This document shows, piece by piece, positions 1 to 14,875 of a stretch of DNA of 64,000 nucleotides (its first letter is position 1; every line of letters begins with the position of its first letter). Position numbers and translations under genes: made by a program. The stretch lies in the NCBI RefSeq assembly GCF_028641065.1, contig NC_073393.1, positions 15,996,001 to 16,060,000 on the forward strand, given 5' to 3'. The notes beneath the pieces are model-generated. The model saw only the letters and a list, made by a program, of their open reading frames with translations, searched no databases and was not told the DNA's origin. This DNA comes from Leucoraja erinacea. Its lineage: Eukaryota.

Positions 1-493
1 AAGAGTCAAAATCCCGTCACTCAACCAAAAACAAAAAATGAAGAGTTGGGACAAAAGAATATGCTGCTCAGCCATGAGATATTGTCAAAGAGGTAGGCAT
101 TAAAAAGAGCATGAAAAAGAGAAAAAGATATGGCAGTTGAAGTCTGGGCTGCTAAAGTTGGAGCTATTAAATTCAGAGCAGCTAGAATTGTACAGACATT
201 TGACGATTAGAGGAATGAAGCAAATAAAAGTGAACCCAAGGATGAAACAAATAAGAGGCTATACTTAACCAGAGGCTAATACAAATTAGCAAAGTAAATG
301 CTAATGGGTAAACTGAATGATGCAAGTTAGTTATAGGTCATCTAAAACTATTCTATCGTAAGTTGAGACTAGAATAAGGCCAGCTCAATATACATAAAAT
401 TGATTTTCAGCAGCATTGTTTCTGACAATTATTATCAGAGGTTGGAATTAGCTTCTAAATTGGATGGTAGTTAAAAAAAAACTTTTAAGTTCA

Positions 494-1500
494 TACTAGA
501 ACAAGTGCGGACCTCTTTGGCCCCCTCCCCCAACAAACCATTCCACCACTGACCCATAGCCCCCAACTGCGCAGGCGTGGTTGAGGGGTTCCCGTTGTGA
601 CGAGAGTCACGGCAACACTCCCCCGACTGCGCCTCGTCATCCCTCTTCCTACCCCAATCCTCCCCTCTCTCATTCTCACCCTCACATCTACCTGCCTCCC
701 CTTTCCCCTACACTCAGTCACTCCCTCCCTCCATAAACCCTCTCCCCTCCCTACGCTCCCGCTATCTCCCTGCTCCCCCACTCCACCTCCCCACAGCCCT
801 CCTCTCCCTCTATCCTCCCCCACTACCCCCTCCTCTTCCTCTCCCCCACACCCCCCTCTCCACAATCTCAATTTTTCATGTAAATGAGATTCGGGATCCC
901 ATTGTGACGTTGAATGCTGCAGACGGGCAGGGCAAGTAGAAAAGTTCTTTGAAAAGTGATTTTTGTAAAGTTTAAAATGTCAATAAAATATACCATAAAT
1001 CCGAACAAAACGTATTTCTTTTTCATCTCAGGACAATGGTGAGTAAATTGGGCCAAAAATGGTAGCGCTATCATGTACTGTTTTGGTGGGGTTTTTGGAA
1101 TATCCCTTACACACACGCATTTATACATACAAACATCGTTGGGTTCCTGTCACATGGGAGGTCTGTCCCCCCAACGCAACCCATTCCCCAACGCAATATT
1201 CCACCACTCACCTGTTCCCCCAACACAATATTCCACCACTCACCCATAGCCCTCAACTGTGCTGGGGCGGCTCATTTCCCCTTATCCCCAGCACTCCCTC
1301 CCCCTCCTCTTCATCCTCCCTCTTTTTAAACTTTAATAAAAATGCAAGCACTTGCCGCCAGGACTTTAAAGAAAATTCCAATTACACTTCCCCTGCCTCC
1401 CCCAGCACTACCTCCCCCTCCTGTTTGTTTAGCCTCCTCTGCCAGGACAGAAATATCAATATTGGAATGGGAAGGGGTGTTAAAATAGTTAGCAACTGGG
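494..1500 (-). mobile_element. Non-autonomous Helitron-like element with low-complexity CT-rich interior
   Basis: Minus strand ends in a GC-rich short hairpin-like segment then CTAGT at 494; internal sub-repeat (ttccaccactcacccatagccc) recurs near 540, 1200 and 1230. Confidence 0.5.
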
Positions 1501-2204
1501 GGATCCAGCACACCTTGGTGGACAAAACTCGTGTGTTCAGTGAAGCAGCAGTCGACCTGTTTATATGCTTTGGTCTAGCTTTTACAGTAGCAATGTCAGC
1601 AGCAGAAAATTAATATTCAGTATGTAATCGGGCTAGTCTGAAATGGTGCCTTAAACTCAAAAAGCGTGACTTCAAAATAACAGTTGCAAAATATAGTAAT
1701 CGAGTTGCTTCATTCAAATTCACGGAATTTCAAAGCTTTCTCATAGCACAAAATCACAATATGCAATACAAGTCTCCAGAGATGCGGCAGAAGACTCCCA
1801 AGATGCGGTGGGGGAGGGGGACGGGAGACATTGTTCGCCGCTGCAAGAAGACTGTTGGATTGACTTTTGTAACTTTGTCAGCACCAGTAATGTGACAGCT
1901 CTTTGTGTACTGCCGAGGTGAGGTCTGGTGTATATTACCCGATTGTATGCAAAAACAAAGAATTTCATTGTACCTAGATACAAGTGACAATAAAGTATCA
2001 TTGAAATGAATCAATGAACAAAACAGAACTTCAAGGAACTAGAGAGTTTACTTGTGAAAGTATTCCTTAGTCATTTGTACACCATAATGCCCTGAAACTA
2101 TGATCCTCACATCATAGCTACTGAAGCATCTGATTTTCAAAGACAAATTTATTTCCAATCTATTCCAACGTTGTTGAGCCAACCACCTGCAAGAACCGCA
2201 AGTG

Positions 2205-2700
2205 AAAGATGTTTAGGAAGGAACTGCAGATGCTGGTTTAAACCGAAGATAGACACAAAATCCTGGAGTAACTCAGTTGGACAGGCAGCATCTCTGGAGA
2301 GAGGGAATGGGTGACATTTCAGGTCGAGACCCTTCTACAGAAAAAAAATCTTAGTTTAGGCCTCCAGGATTAATAAAGTCAGGCCAGGTCTGAGAAAAGT
2401 CCATAAGTCCCCAGGCATTAGAAAAACCCAGCAAAATGATCATCATGGAGTAACCAATGCCAACTCCTTGGAAAGAATCTGCACAAGCAGCAATGCAATT
2501 ACAAATGTGTAGGAAAAAACTGCAGATGCTGGTTGAAACCAAAGATAGACACAGAATGCTGGAGTTACTTAGCGGGACAAGTAGCATGATGCTGGTTGAA
2601 ACCAAAGATAGACACAGAATGCTGGAGTTACTTAGCGGGACAAGTAGCATCCCTGTAGAGAAAGAATGTGTGACGTTTTGGGTCGGGACCCTTCTTCAGA
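2205..2700 (-). mobile_element. Two Penelope-type terminal-repeat/SINE-like fragments with degenerate hammerhead cores; exact 63-bp tandem duplication 2525-2650
   Basis: aactgcagatgctgg...cagcatctctggag...acccttcttcag motif repeated throughout the window. Confidence 0.7.
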
Positions 2701-3299
2701 TTATTAAAAAGACACCTTCGTATGACTGAAAATTAAGAACACTGCCTCCAAAAACAGATCTTCCATGGACAAGTGAGGCACAGCAGAAGATAGGATTCTG
2801 TATACAAACACTATTAATGCAAATAGCTGAACAATTTGGGGTAATTTTTAACACTCATCTGCCAGCTACATGCAAAAGACAAAGAATAAAGGGGCTGTCC
2901 CACAGCAGCGACCTAATCTGCGAGTTCAGAAGAGTGTCCGATCTTCAAGCTCGAGGGCACTCGCCTGGAAAACCTCGAGCTCCATCGATCGACCACACCA
3001 GGCACGTGCAGTCAGGGTAGCCAAGGTAGGCACTGCCTACCCTGACTAAAGGAATAAAATGGTAATTATTAAATATAAATAGTAAAGGCATGGGAGAATA
3101 ATGCCTACCTAAGAGATGGATCCCTTAGGTAGGCATAATTCTCCGTGCCTTTCATCTCCAGTCCATGTAACACGCGAAGGTCTGTGCAGATGACGTGCCG
3201 TCGACTGGCCTAGCAAGCCATTTAGTTGTAAGGAACTAAGAAACCAAATTGAATGGAATACCTGGAATCTAACTACAATGGTGAGCTGCCTTCCTCAAG

Positions 3300-4243
3300 T
3301 CGTCAAGTTTATTTGTCACATACACATACGAGATGTGCAGTGAAATGAAAGTGGCAATGCTCGCGGACTTTGTGCAAAAACACAAACAAACAAACTATAA
3401 ACACAATCATAAACACACACATATTCTTTTACATATTAAATATTCAAAGGAAAAATGTTCAGTAAAGTTAGTCCCTGGTGAGATAGGAGTTTACAGTCCG
3501 AATGGCCTCTGGGAAGAAACTCCTTCTCAACCTCTCCGTTCTCACAGCATGGCAACGGAGGCGTTTGCCTAACCGTAGCAGCTGGAACAGTCCGTTGTAT
3601 GGGTGGAAGGGGTCTCCCATGATTTTATTGGCTCTGGAGTTGCACCTTCTGATGTATAGTTCCTGCAGTGGGGGGGGGGCGAGTGAAGTTCCCATAGTGC
3701 GTTCGGCCGCTACTCTCTGCAGAGCCTTCTTGTCCTGGGCAGAGCAATTCTCAAACCAGATGGTAATATTTCCAGACAAGATGCTTTCCACCGCCGCTGA
3801 GTAGAAGCACTGGAGGATCCTCGGAGACACTCTGAATTTCCTCAATTGCCTGACGTGGTAAAGGCGCTGCCTTGCCTTACTCACGAGTGCTGAGGCGTGT
3901 GATGTCCATGTCATATCCTCAGAGATGTGGACTCCCAGATATTTAAAACAGCTCACCCTATCCACAGGATCCCCATTGATCCTCAATGGTGTGTACGTCC
4001 TCGGATGATGTGCCCTCCTAAAGTCCACGATCAGCTCCTTAGTTTTTTTGATGTTCAAGAGGAGGCTGTTGTCCTGGCACCAGAGTGCTAGATCAGCCAC
4101 CTCCTCCCGGTAGGCCTTCTCATCGTTGTCTGAGATCAGGCCCACCACCACAGTGTCATCAGCAAACTTAATTATTGAGTTGGAGCTGAACCTAGCCACA
4201 CAGTCATGTGTGTACAGGGAGTACAATAGGGGGCTGAGGATGC
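3300..4243 (-). mobile_element. Rex1/Babar-type LINE, 3' part (RT C-terminus)
   Basis: ORF 3468-4226: YSLYTHDC...IIKFADDTVVVGLI...KTKELIVDFR...FKYLGVHI...KARQRLY. Confidence 0.88.
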
Positions 4244-4249
4244 CTGAAC

Positions 4250-5520
4250 TGTGGTGTAGTTAGATTCATGGCAGATCTATTTCTCCTTCTCAATCCCATT
4301 CTTCTGCCCTTACCATAACCATTGACACCATTACTAATCAAGAATCTTTCAATCACTGCTTTAAAATATATCCATTGACTTGGCCTCCACAGCTGGCTGT
4401 AGCAATGAATTCCACAGATTCACCACCCTCTGACCAAAGTAATTTCTTATCTCTGTTCTAAAGGTACATCCTTTTATTCTGAGGCTGTTGCCTCTGGTCC
4501 AAGACTCTCCCACTGGTGGAAACAGCTTCTCCACGTTCACTCTATCCATATCTTTCACTATACGGTAAGTTTCAATGAGGTCCCCCTCATCCTTCTAAAC
4601 TACAGCGAGTACTGGCACAGTGCCTTCAAATGCTCATCATATGTTAACCCAATCATTCCTGAGATAATTCTCGTATACCTCCTCTGGACCCTCTCCAATA
4701 CCATCACGTCCACCCTCAGATGTGGGGCCCAAATCTGCTCACAATACTCAAAATGCAGTCTAACCAATACCTTATAAAGCCTCACCATTAAATCCCTGTT
4801 TTTGTATTCTTGCCCTCTCTAAATAAATGCAAGCATTGCATTCACCTTCCCTACTACCGATTCGACTTGTAAATTAACTTTTTGGGAATCCTGCACCAGT
4901 ACTCCCAAGTCCCTTTGTATCTCCTATTTCTGAATTATCTCCCCATTTAAAAAATAGTCTATGCCTCTATTCCTACTACCAAAATGCATGACTCCATACT
5001 TTGCAACGCTGTTCTCGATCTGCCACTTCCCAGCCCACTCTCAACCTGTTCAAGTCATTTTGCAGAGCCCCTGATTTACCTATACTACCTGCCCCTCCAC
5101 CAATCTTTGTATCATCTGCAAATGTGGCTATGAAGCCTTCATCCAAATTGTTGATATATACCGTGAAGAGAAGCAGTCCCAGTACGGACCTCTGCAGAAC
5201 ACCACTGGTCAGTGGTAGCCAACCAGAAAATGCCTCCTTCATTGCCACTTTTTACCTTCTACTATCCAGCTAACTTGCTATCCATGCTAGTATCTTCCCT
5301 GTGATACCATGGACTCGCATCTTCTTTAGCAGCCTCCTGTGTGGCAGCTTATCATAGGTGTTCTGATAATCCAAGTAAACCATATCCATGGACTCTCCTT
5401 TGTTTATCCTGCTATTTACTTCCTCAAAAAGTTCCAGCAGGTTTGTCAGGCAACATCTTCCTTTCACAAAACCTATTTTATCGTGTGCGGATGTGGGGTA
5501 CTCAGAAACCTCATCTTTTA
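4250..5520 (-). mobile_element. CR1 LINE, decayed RT and 3' end
   Basis: CLTNLLELFEEV, VYLDYQ, TSGVLQRSVLG, FADDTKIGG, LYKVLVRLHFEYC in broken frames. Confidence 0.9.
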
Positions 5521-7079
5521 TAATGGACTAATTAACTTGTTTTCAGAACCATCATTATTTTTTAAATCCCGGATTTCAAATTTATTATGATCTGCCATGG
5601 GATTTGAATCTAGGTCCCAAAGACTTTGCCCTGGACATTTAGACTATTAATCCAGGAATCATATCACTGTACTATTGCCACCCCATTTATAACAGAACAC
5701 GCTCTCTAATTAAATAAACCATGCTCACTTTTATACAAGTTCCTTTCCATTATTAAATTATGGACGATTGTGACATAGTCTTGAAAGGAATCTGACCAAT
5801 ATTTTAGTCTATTACCCCAAAATTACTTCCCCAACTAGACTGCACATATTTCTAGTGCTTGCTCCAATTGCTGTCAACAGTAGTTAAGCATAAATTCATA
5901 CTTTGATCTATCCTAAGTCCTCTGGTGTTCACCTGTGTGTGACCCAGTGTTCCACTCTAAAATTGTTATGTTCCATCACATTTAGCACAGTGCACCATTT
6001 ACCTTGCAATATCTTCATTTAGCCTTTGCACTGGGTTGACATTTTTCCAAAGTTGTGAAATCAATCCATATCAATTCATTACGCAATTTGCCATCCAGCA
6101 TGCAAACTATTACTTGGTTACAAATTCCTACCTCTTCCTGGCAACTGATTCATTAGCAGATACATCATGACATAGTTTCATATTTGACCCTTGGAACAGC
6201 TACTGCAAATTGTGCTTTGAAAACCATTATTTGCACTTCTGACTGACTACTTTGCTGCCTCAGTGCCTGCTGGCAAAAACCCATATACTTAGTTATTTTT
6301 AGATTTGACCTTTCCAACATGTACATATCCTCTCAGTGTTGTGCCCCATACAAACTCGAGATCATTCCGGACGCTGCAACTGTGACCCAAGTTGAAAAAA
6401 ATCCAATTTGCCCATCAATCCTGGGCAAAGCAGAGTGCAATTAAGCATCGTCTCAATTTTAAAATACTCTTCCTGGTTGTCATATTGTTCATGCCTCACT
6501 CCTTCCTATTACCCATCTCCAAAGTTATCTTCTCCACCCCTACAATAGAATAAGGTACCAGCACACGTCTAGTTCGCATCGTGAGCATCCTAGCTTTTAA
6601 TTGTCCCATTGGCATAATTGCCAATGCCCGTCTGCATCCCTCTAACCAGATATTTTAGTTTAAGGATAGTTCTCAATGCCAATCTCTGATCAAGTATTGA
6701 GTCATTTGGCCTTCCCTCTCATTGCACCTCTGTGAAATTCTCTTTTGCATCACTCCTGTGACATGTCTCAGTAAGGTACTATTTAACAGCATGTTGTATT
6801 GTCGCAGTCCACGCATATATTTTATATTGAAGGGCTCCATTTATTTATATCAGCTTCACCAACTGTGATACGCAGACATGTGATAACTAATTCAAAGAGA
6901 AACGATAAAGCAGATAATGTATTCACCAAAAGAAATTCAAGGGATCTATCTCATCTAAGTTGTCTACAGAGATGTAAGTGTTACATTTATGTTTTACAAA
7001 CCTTATTCACTGTAGAAGTGATGAAGGTAAACAAAACAGTACGACATGAAATCTTTAAGATAGCTGTAGTCATTTCCTG

Positions 7080-8590
7080 TACTCGAGAGATGCTGCTTGA
7101 GTTACTCCAGCATTGTGTCTATCTTCGGTTTAAAACAGCACCTGCTGTTCCTTCTTACACATTTTATCTGCTCCACTGCTAAATCTCAAGGTATGTCTAC
7201 TTTGAAGAAGTTCTCCTCCTCCCTCCAATGAGTGTTCAACAGCATCCTCTCTCGCTGCTCCCTCTCTGTGATTCCTCCTGCTCTCAGACCACGTTTTCTC
7301 ATCTTGCAAACAGCTAACAATAAAGGCCTGTTTCCTTTATCATTGTTACTTTTTTGCACATTTTCATTCATTTGTTCTATGTCTCTCTACATTATCGTCT
7401 ACACCCCGTGATTTTCAGTCTGAAGAAGGGTCTCGACCCGAAAAGTCATCCATTCCTTCTCTCCAGATATGCTGCCTGTCCCACTCCAGCATTTTGTGCC
7501 TATTTCCACCCTTGACAAATTACAATTAATAAATACTTAAAGTGATAGTTTTCTAGCTGCTAGTATTTTCAAAGTTTTGGCAACCCAAGGTCTGGGCCCT
7601 TCTTCAGAGTGATTGTGATGGGGAAGAAAGGAAAGCTGGAAGAGCGGAGGGGCAAGACAAAGCTTGGCAAGTGGTATGTGGATAAGGGTGGGCTGGGGAT
7701 GCAGGAGGTTTGATAGGCAGATGGTTGGACAAAGGACAGATGAAAAGATAGCAGGTGCGAGATTAGAAGTGCAAATTGTGAACCAGACGAAGACTAGGTG
7801 GAAGGGGAGGAGGATAATAATAATAATAATAATAATAATGTATTTTATTGTCATTGCACATAAGTGCAACGAGATTTGCGTTTGCAGCTTGCAGGATGGG
7901 GGGGGGGAGGGATAAGTCCAAGTAGGTACAGAAAAGCGATGGGGAGGGGGTAGTGGTTGAGAGGGGGTGGTTTGTTTGTAGGTTAGCTACCTAAAATTAG
8001 TTAGGTTGTAAGCTACCCAAGCAGAATACAAGGGGGTGCTCCTCCAGTTTGCTCGAGGTCTAATTCTGGCAATGGAGGACCAGGAATGAAAGGTCAGAAT
8101 TGGAATGGGAAGATAACAGCTGGGATCCACTATCGGCCATGAACAGCAACAGAATTACACAGTGTAACTTCATAAACCACTATATGCCCGATTCTGACAC
8201 AACTAATCAGAACAAAAGGAAAACCCTAGTTCAATGTTGAGGTACGTCAGGAACCGTGCTGTTTGCCAAAAGCTGTCAATATGAACCTATAAAATTAAAA
8301 TTACAGGACATTGGGGATGCTGGAATATTGTACAAAAAAGTATTGGTGGATCAGTCTGAAAACTAGGTTAGAAATTACCTAAAACTGGAGAATTCAACTT
8401 TCATACCGTTGGGTTGTAAGATACTGAAGCAGAATACGAAGTGTTGTCCCCCAGTTTATGTATGGCCTCACTCTGACAATGGAGGCGGCTCAGAACAGAA
8501 AGGTCAGTATGGGAATAAGAAGGGGGTTTAAAATGGTCAGCAACCAGGAGATTCAGTAGGCTTTGGCGGACCAAGTGTAGCCAAACTGGC
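7080..8590. mobile_element. Cluster of Penelope-like element fragments in both orientations
   Basis: Hammerhead core 7420-7447 (+); GIY-YIG C-terminal remnant ADHFKPPSYSHTDLSVL..LHCQSEA in ORF 8401-8592 (-); (TAA)n insert near 7814-7838. Confidence 0.7.
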
Positions 8591-10139
8591 AAACCATCAG
8601 TACTTGAAATTCCAAGCCAAGAACAGAATGCTCACAAGATAAAACCTGTGACTTGATCAGCTGCAGAGACAGCTAAACCTGTTGCATTTAGACAATTATC
8701 ATCAGAAGCTTCTCAAGGTCAGGAGCAATTATCAAAAGGTAGTAACCCACTTCAGGCCCAAACTAATAATTGCTTTCTTCAGCACTGCAACTAGAACAGT
8801 GTTTAGCCACAGGGTACATCAATTGGATATAAACTTTGGGAATAGTCTTTTGGCATTCTCAATGGATTGCCGTGGACAAATTGACAGAATATCAACATGA
8901 CAAGCAGCGTAAAACTCATGCTCATATACTAAAAATAATTAATTTGCCTCTTTTAAGATCAAGTGACTCCTATAAACTTTCCAAATGCTTTTCAGTTGGC
9001 CTCAGTGTACGTGGGGCATACCTCAGGGATTGCAGTGTTATGCAAAATAAATCAGACATGTGAGTGTATTTAAAAAAATCAATTATGCACCATGCAGTAA
9101 ATGCCACCTCAGTTTATTTTGTGTGAAATACTCCCTAGTGTACAGATAATCAAAACAAACTTCAGAAGATTTTAATTTTTTTTTTTTTGCGCTGTGTTTT
9201 TGTTGACAGGTCTCAATGGAACTAAAAATAGTTGTGACTCTTTCCAGACAATGCACCCCCTTGTATCTCATCCAAATTACCCATTCCACTTGCAAAACTC
9301 AAATTGGCAGTGGTGGGTAAAAGGAAGAGATTTTTTTTAAAAACCCTAAGGAATTGAAGTCTGCCTAGTTTTCTACCAATCTGAGTAAAATCAGGTAATT
9401 CAACATTGGTGAGAAAATAAACCCAGGATCTTGAGCAAATAATACCAACAAAGTACTGGAGGAAACCCACAGGTCAGGATGGATCTGTTGAAGCAATGGT
9501 CAAACAACATTTTGGGTCGGACCATTTCAGACTGACTGGAGTAGGGGGAAGAAAGCTGGAAAAGAAAGGTGGGGGTTCAACAAAGCCTGGCAAGTAATGT
9601 GGATACAGGTGCCCGGTGGTGTGTGTGGATGTTTCATTGGCAAGTGACAACGGCTAGGCTTGAGAAGGAGACAAAGGCATCAAATAAGGAAAATAGAAGA
9701 GTGAAATGTAAAGCTGGAAAGTGGGATATGGGTGGAAGGGGAAAAAGGGGAAGATATAGTTTACAATCCGAGTAAGAGAATGTAGAACTGTCACTTCTGC
9801 TGCAAGCCATCCATCTGGGAATTGATTCAGCTTTTCAATCCCTCTTAGCGGGCATGTCCTATATTTTGCGAGATGTTGTCTACATTATCACTATCTATTG
9901 CCATTACTATTTACCCACTGAGCAACTCGATTAAATATATTTATTTTATTACTCCATTGCTTCCATAGCCTTCTCTATAATTTTTAACTAACTAAATTTT
10001 GCTCCATTTGAGTTCTGACAAAGCATCTTTGACCTGAAAATGTTAACTGTTTCTATTTACACAAATGCTGCCTGACCTGCTACGTTTCTGAAGAAAGGGT
10101 CTCGACCTGAAACTTCACCCATTCCTTCTCTCCAGTGAT

Positions 10140-11660
10140 GCTGCCTGTTCCGCTGAGTTACTCCAGCTTTTTGTGTGTATCTGAGGTAGAGGAGAATCTG
10201 ACTGTACCCTATTTTATGGAAGAACTATTCAGAGGGGAATCTGGTGGTGCGCGCTTTCAAGCTTCTGTATCTTCTGGGCTTGACAGAGGTGGGAAGGTCT
10301 TTGATAATGTTGGCTGTTTTTCCAAAGCACCAGGAAGTATCTGGTGGAGATACTCTGCATGATGAACTAGGCTACATCCACAAATCTGCAATTTCTTGTG
10401 ATCTGGGGCAGAGCTGTTACCAAATAAAGCTGTGATGCAACCCAACAATATGCTTTCTATGGGGCAATAGTAAAAGGTTGTAAGAGTCATTGGAGACATG
10501 CCACATTTCCTTCAGTCACCTGAGGAAGTAGAAATGTCAGTGTGCCTTATTGGCTGTGGCTTCAATGCAGTTGAAGCCACAGCCAGGGAATTTAAACTTC
10601 TCAATCAATTCTACTGCAGTTGCATTGATGCTAATTGGGGCATGTACTTACTCCACCACTCTTCATGAAGTAGATAACTAGCTCCTTCTTCTTGCTAACA
10701 TTAAGGGAGAGATGACTAGCCTGACAATATGTTACTAGGTTCTCCATTATTTTCTGGACTCAGCCTTGTCGTTGTCATCCAGTCCATCACAGAGGTATCG
10801 TCTGCAAACTTGTAGATGCAGTTAGAGTTTAATTTGTCCACACAGTTGCGAGTGTCCAGGGAATATCATAAGGGACTGAAAACGCATCCTTGCAGGGTAC
10901 TGGTATTAGGAATTATTGTGGACAATGTGTTGTCCCCTATCCTCACTGAATGTGGTCTATGGATCAGAATGTTGAGGAACCAATGGCAGATGGCAGTGCG
11001 GGCTCCAATGTCCAGGAATTTGGAGATCATTTTGGATGAGATTATAGGTGTCCTTGTTGTGTAGGTGTTCCAAAGGCGAACCTTGGCTCGTGAGATGACA
11101 TCCGCTGGAACATATTGTGACGAGAGACAAACTGCAGTGGATCAAGTGTCTGGGAGGCTGGAGTTAATTTGCACCATTATCAGTCTCTCCACGCACTTTC
11201 ATGATAGTGAATGTTAGAGCCATTGGACAATAGTTACAGCATGCCACCTTAGTTTTCTTTGGCACTAGGATAATAGTGATCATCATAAAATAGACGACGG
11301 CCACAGAGGCCAACAGAATTAACAAGCTCATCAGAAAGACTGGCTCCGTCCTGGGGGTGAGGTTGGATTCACTGGAGGTGATGATACTCCTCAAACTGCA
11401 GAGCATCTTGGACAATACCGCTCACCCCCTCCATGACACACTGATCAACCCTGAGGAGCACCTTCAGCAACAGACTGGTTCCACCAACATTCAGCACAGA
11501 ATGCCACGAGAGCCCTTTTCCCCTGTGGCTACCAAACTGTACAATCCCTCCTCCTGTCATGGGGTAGACTGTCCCCTCCCCCCCACTCCCCCTCCCCAAT
11601 CTTTGCACATCCCCAATCCTGGGCTTTCAACTTGTCACTTTAATTTCATGTTTCATGTAT
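10140..11660. mobile_element. Rearranged Rex1/Babar-type LINE fragments
   Basis: FYYCPIESILLGCIT, KLQSILDNTAHPLH and KTKVACCNYCPMALT remnants on both strands. Confidence 0.7.
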
Positions 11661-12218
11661 TGTAGGATTCCACAGATTCCCTCTCAGGAAGGCCGATCTT
11701 GCAACTGCCACAGTGATCATTGATGTAGGCGCCTCTGAGACTAAAGGGCAGGTGATGTTCCTCTATTGACCCTCTGCTCAAAGTGAGCATAAAATATTCC
11801 CTCTTATTCAAAAAATTACCAGTTGCAAATAAGTGATCCAGAAACTGACCATCAGTACCTGGTATAAAAACAAAAGCAGCTGCTACTGTTTACACAAGTT
11901 AAAAAAAGTTATGAAATTATTAAAGTTAGCGAGTTTGCAATACTATGCTTTTATACAACATGTCAAACTGAATAATGGTTCCCAAGGAAAACCATTTCTA
12001 CCAGACAGACTGTAAACAGGATAAAAACACAGCAGCAGTGCATATTCAGTTCTTGACCAAAACATAAAATTAATACTTGGGCACCAAAAAGCATGGCTTA
12101 CACCCAATGTTACCAATTCACCAAATCAAGCAATGAGCAACTTCAGTTGGAAAAAATCCACTCTTCATGGAGTAGTTTTCACAGTGCAACATAGGGAAAT
12201 GAGAGTAGGATAGGTGGG

Positions 12219-12870
12219 GTTACTTGCAGTTGGAGAATTCAATATCCATACCTTGAGGTCTAAGCTGCCTAAGGGAATACGAGGTGCTGTTCTTCCAAAG
12301 TGCATGTGGCCTTACTTTGGCCACTTTTATATCAACGAGAACGAGTGTAGACAAGCAGATCTTCACACTGATCACTTGTGCTCTATTTGCTAAGGTCTGC
12401 TGGAACACCCCGGCTAACCATGTGAACTCCCCTTCCCATACCGATCTTTCTGGCCTTGGCCTCATACATTGCCAGAGTGAGGCCACACACAAACTGTAAG
12501 AACTGTAACTTGCCCCTTTCCTGCCCTTCACACACTCATTTCACATCCCCAAGTTCCATACATTCCCTTCAACTTTGACTCTTTCCCTCCCACTGTCCCC
12601 TTCCATCCATATTCTGCCTTCCAGCCTTATATTTCACTCTTCTTCTTTCATTATCTGATACCCTCGTCTCTTTCACCGCTAGGAGTTATCACTTATTCCA
12701 CTCAATATCCATCCACATGCCAGGCTTTCTCCCCCTACTCTAAATAGTCTGTAGAATCCAACCCAAAATATCATCTGCCCATTCCCACCTCAGATGCTGC
12801 GTGACCCGCACTTCTTCCGGCACTGTTTTTTTGCTGAAAATTCTAACATCTGCAGTTACTATTGTCTCCA
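12219..12870. mobile_element. Penelope-like element with inverted 5' segment
   Basis: GMDIEFSNCK (-) at 12220-12330 and PANHVNSPSHTDLSGLGLIHCQSEATHKL (+), both from the GIY-YIG C-terminus, in opposite orientations; degenerate terminal repeat at 12745-12870. Confidence 0.7.
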
Positions 12871-12904
12871 TTTTACCTCATTTTATCATAACCGTTTAAA
12901 CTTT

Positions 12905-13420
12905 ACACCTAATATGAGGAAGGGCATTCTTGCTATTGAGGGAGTGCAGCGTAGGTTTACAAGGTTAATTCCCGGGATGGCGGGACTGTCATATGCAGAG
13001 AGAATGGAGCGGCTGGGCTTGTACACTGGAGTTTAGAAGGACGAGAGGAAATCTCATTGAAACATATAAGATTGTTAAGGGCTTGGACACGCTAGAGGCA
13101 GGAAACATTTTCCCGATGTTGGCGGAGTCCAGAACCAGGGACCACAGTTTAAGAATAAGGAGCAAGCTACTTAGAACGGAGACGAGGAAACACTTTTTCC
13201 TCACGGAGAATGGTGAGTCTGTGGAATTCTCTGCCTCGGAGGGCGGTGGAAGCAGGTTCTCTGGATGCTTTCAAGAGAGAGTTAGATAGGGCTCTTAAAA
13301 AATAGCGGAGTCAGGGGATATGGGAGAAGGCAGAGTACTGATTGGAGATGATCAGCCATGATCACATTGAATGGCGGTGCTGGCTCGAATGGCCAAATGG
13401 CCTACTCCTGCACCTATTGT
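12905..13420 (+). mobile_element. CR1 LINE 3' fragment
   Basis: IEGVQRRFTRLIPGMAGLSY, RGNLIETYKI; CR1 3'UTR gatcagccatgatcacattgaatggcgg. Confidence 0.9.
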
Positions 13421-14873
13421 TTATCGACCATCCAAAAACATTAACCACACCACATCTTTTCAAACAACTTCATCTCAATGCAAAACTTAAATCTAGGAAC
13501 AAGAGTAACGCAAAACCCTCAAGCCTGCTCCATTCAAACCCTCACTTCCACTTTATAGCCGAAGAATTGTATCCTTCAATTCCCCGTGCATCGAATGTTC
13601 TTTCATCTCAGCCTTAAATATTTGTTAAGCATCCACAGATTTAACAAGCAATTCAATTATCACCATTGAAAAATCTATTATTAATTGATACATAGGTCTC
13701 CATCTCTTTCAATTTCCTGGAATAACATGACAACGCATGCAAACTATGTTGGAAGATCACAAATAATACTTTCAGAAGCTGTCGCCATATGTTTTAAGAA
13801 CTGTAAAGATAATATCAAGTTGGAGGGATCAATCACTTGCAATACCTTAACGTTTGGTACCTTGTTGTTGCTCCATTACAGACTTTATTCCCATTTTCTA
13901 AAATGTTGTTGAGACAAACAAATGTTGGTGTACTTCCTCATTCTGAAATCTAATTTCTTCTGAATCCAATGGGACCTAGATTACATTTCCTCTGAGAAAT
14001 AAGACACATTCCTTTCTTGCCCAATTTTATTTCTTATATTTTCTCTGGCAATTACTGACATCTCTTTGTTTGTTACTAAAATTCTACCAGCCCCCAGACA
14101 CCCGGCAACATTATAAACCTCTTAATCCAACTCTATACTTTCTCTCTAGGCCAAATTATTTCTCCCAAAGAAGTGTTATAATTTTCAATAAGCATACATT
14201 ATACTGAAATATTTATTTAAATATTTGTCTTTCGAGCATTTTTTTTAAACCAATTTCCCAATCTAGCTAAAGTAACTATACATTTAATTGACAATCTAGT
14301 ACATTCAATGGACATTTATCTTATCATGACAGCACTTGTCCAAATGGTTTCTTTTGTATGCTCTTACTATTTGTATTGTCTCATAAATTCACTTTTACAT
14401 CTTGTACAATGAATATTTAAATTTATGGCTGTTCTTTATGAGAGCTCTTTGATAGCTTGTATACACAGATTTCTAGATAATCCATAAACTGTATAGAAGT
14501 GAGAAGGCTTTATCTTGCATGTGAAAGTCAAAACAACAACCACCAATGTTATACTGTAGACACAAAATACTGGAGTAACTCAGCGGGACAGGCAGCATCT
14601 CTGGAGAGACGGAATGGGTGATGTTTCAGATTATACTGTCAGACAAAAAGCGCCTCCTGACATTTAGATTGCCATTATGTGGCTCCATTTTCTTTTATTA
14701 ATTGAGCATAACTATCAATCTTCTGTTTATTGCACAAAACGTCCAACAATCTCTACCCCTTCTAACTCATCCCTAAAATATCATTTTGATAGTAGTTAGC
14801 TTTACAAAATTACACAATGGGAAAAAGTTTGCAGAAACATAAAAATAAACCTTGAGTAGGGAAGCATTAACAT

Positions 14874-14875
<2 letters not shown>

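Noticed and set aside
491-1613. ORFs of 96-184 aa rich in Pro/Ser or Gly
   Set aside because: Produced by low-complexity CT-rich repeat sequence; no domain or splice support.
2525-2650. Exact 63-bp direct repeat, superficially array-like
   Set aside because: Two copies with no spacer; a local duplication within a retroelement fragment, not CRISPR.
11970-12060. Minus-strand LNMHCCCVFILF...MVFLG resembling AMFR exon 2 (VLVNTACCVLML...IVFG)
   Set aside because: Similarity is far too low for this conserved exon and there are no matching splice sites; exon 2 probably lies left of the window.
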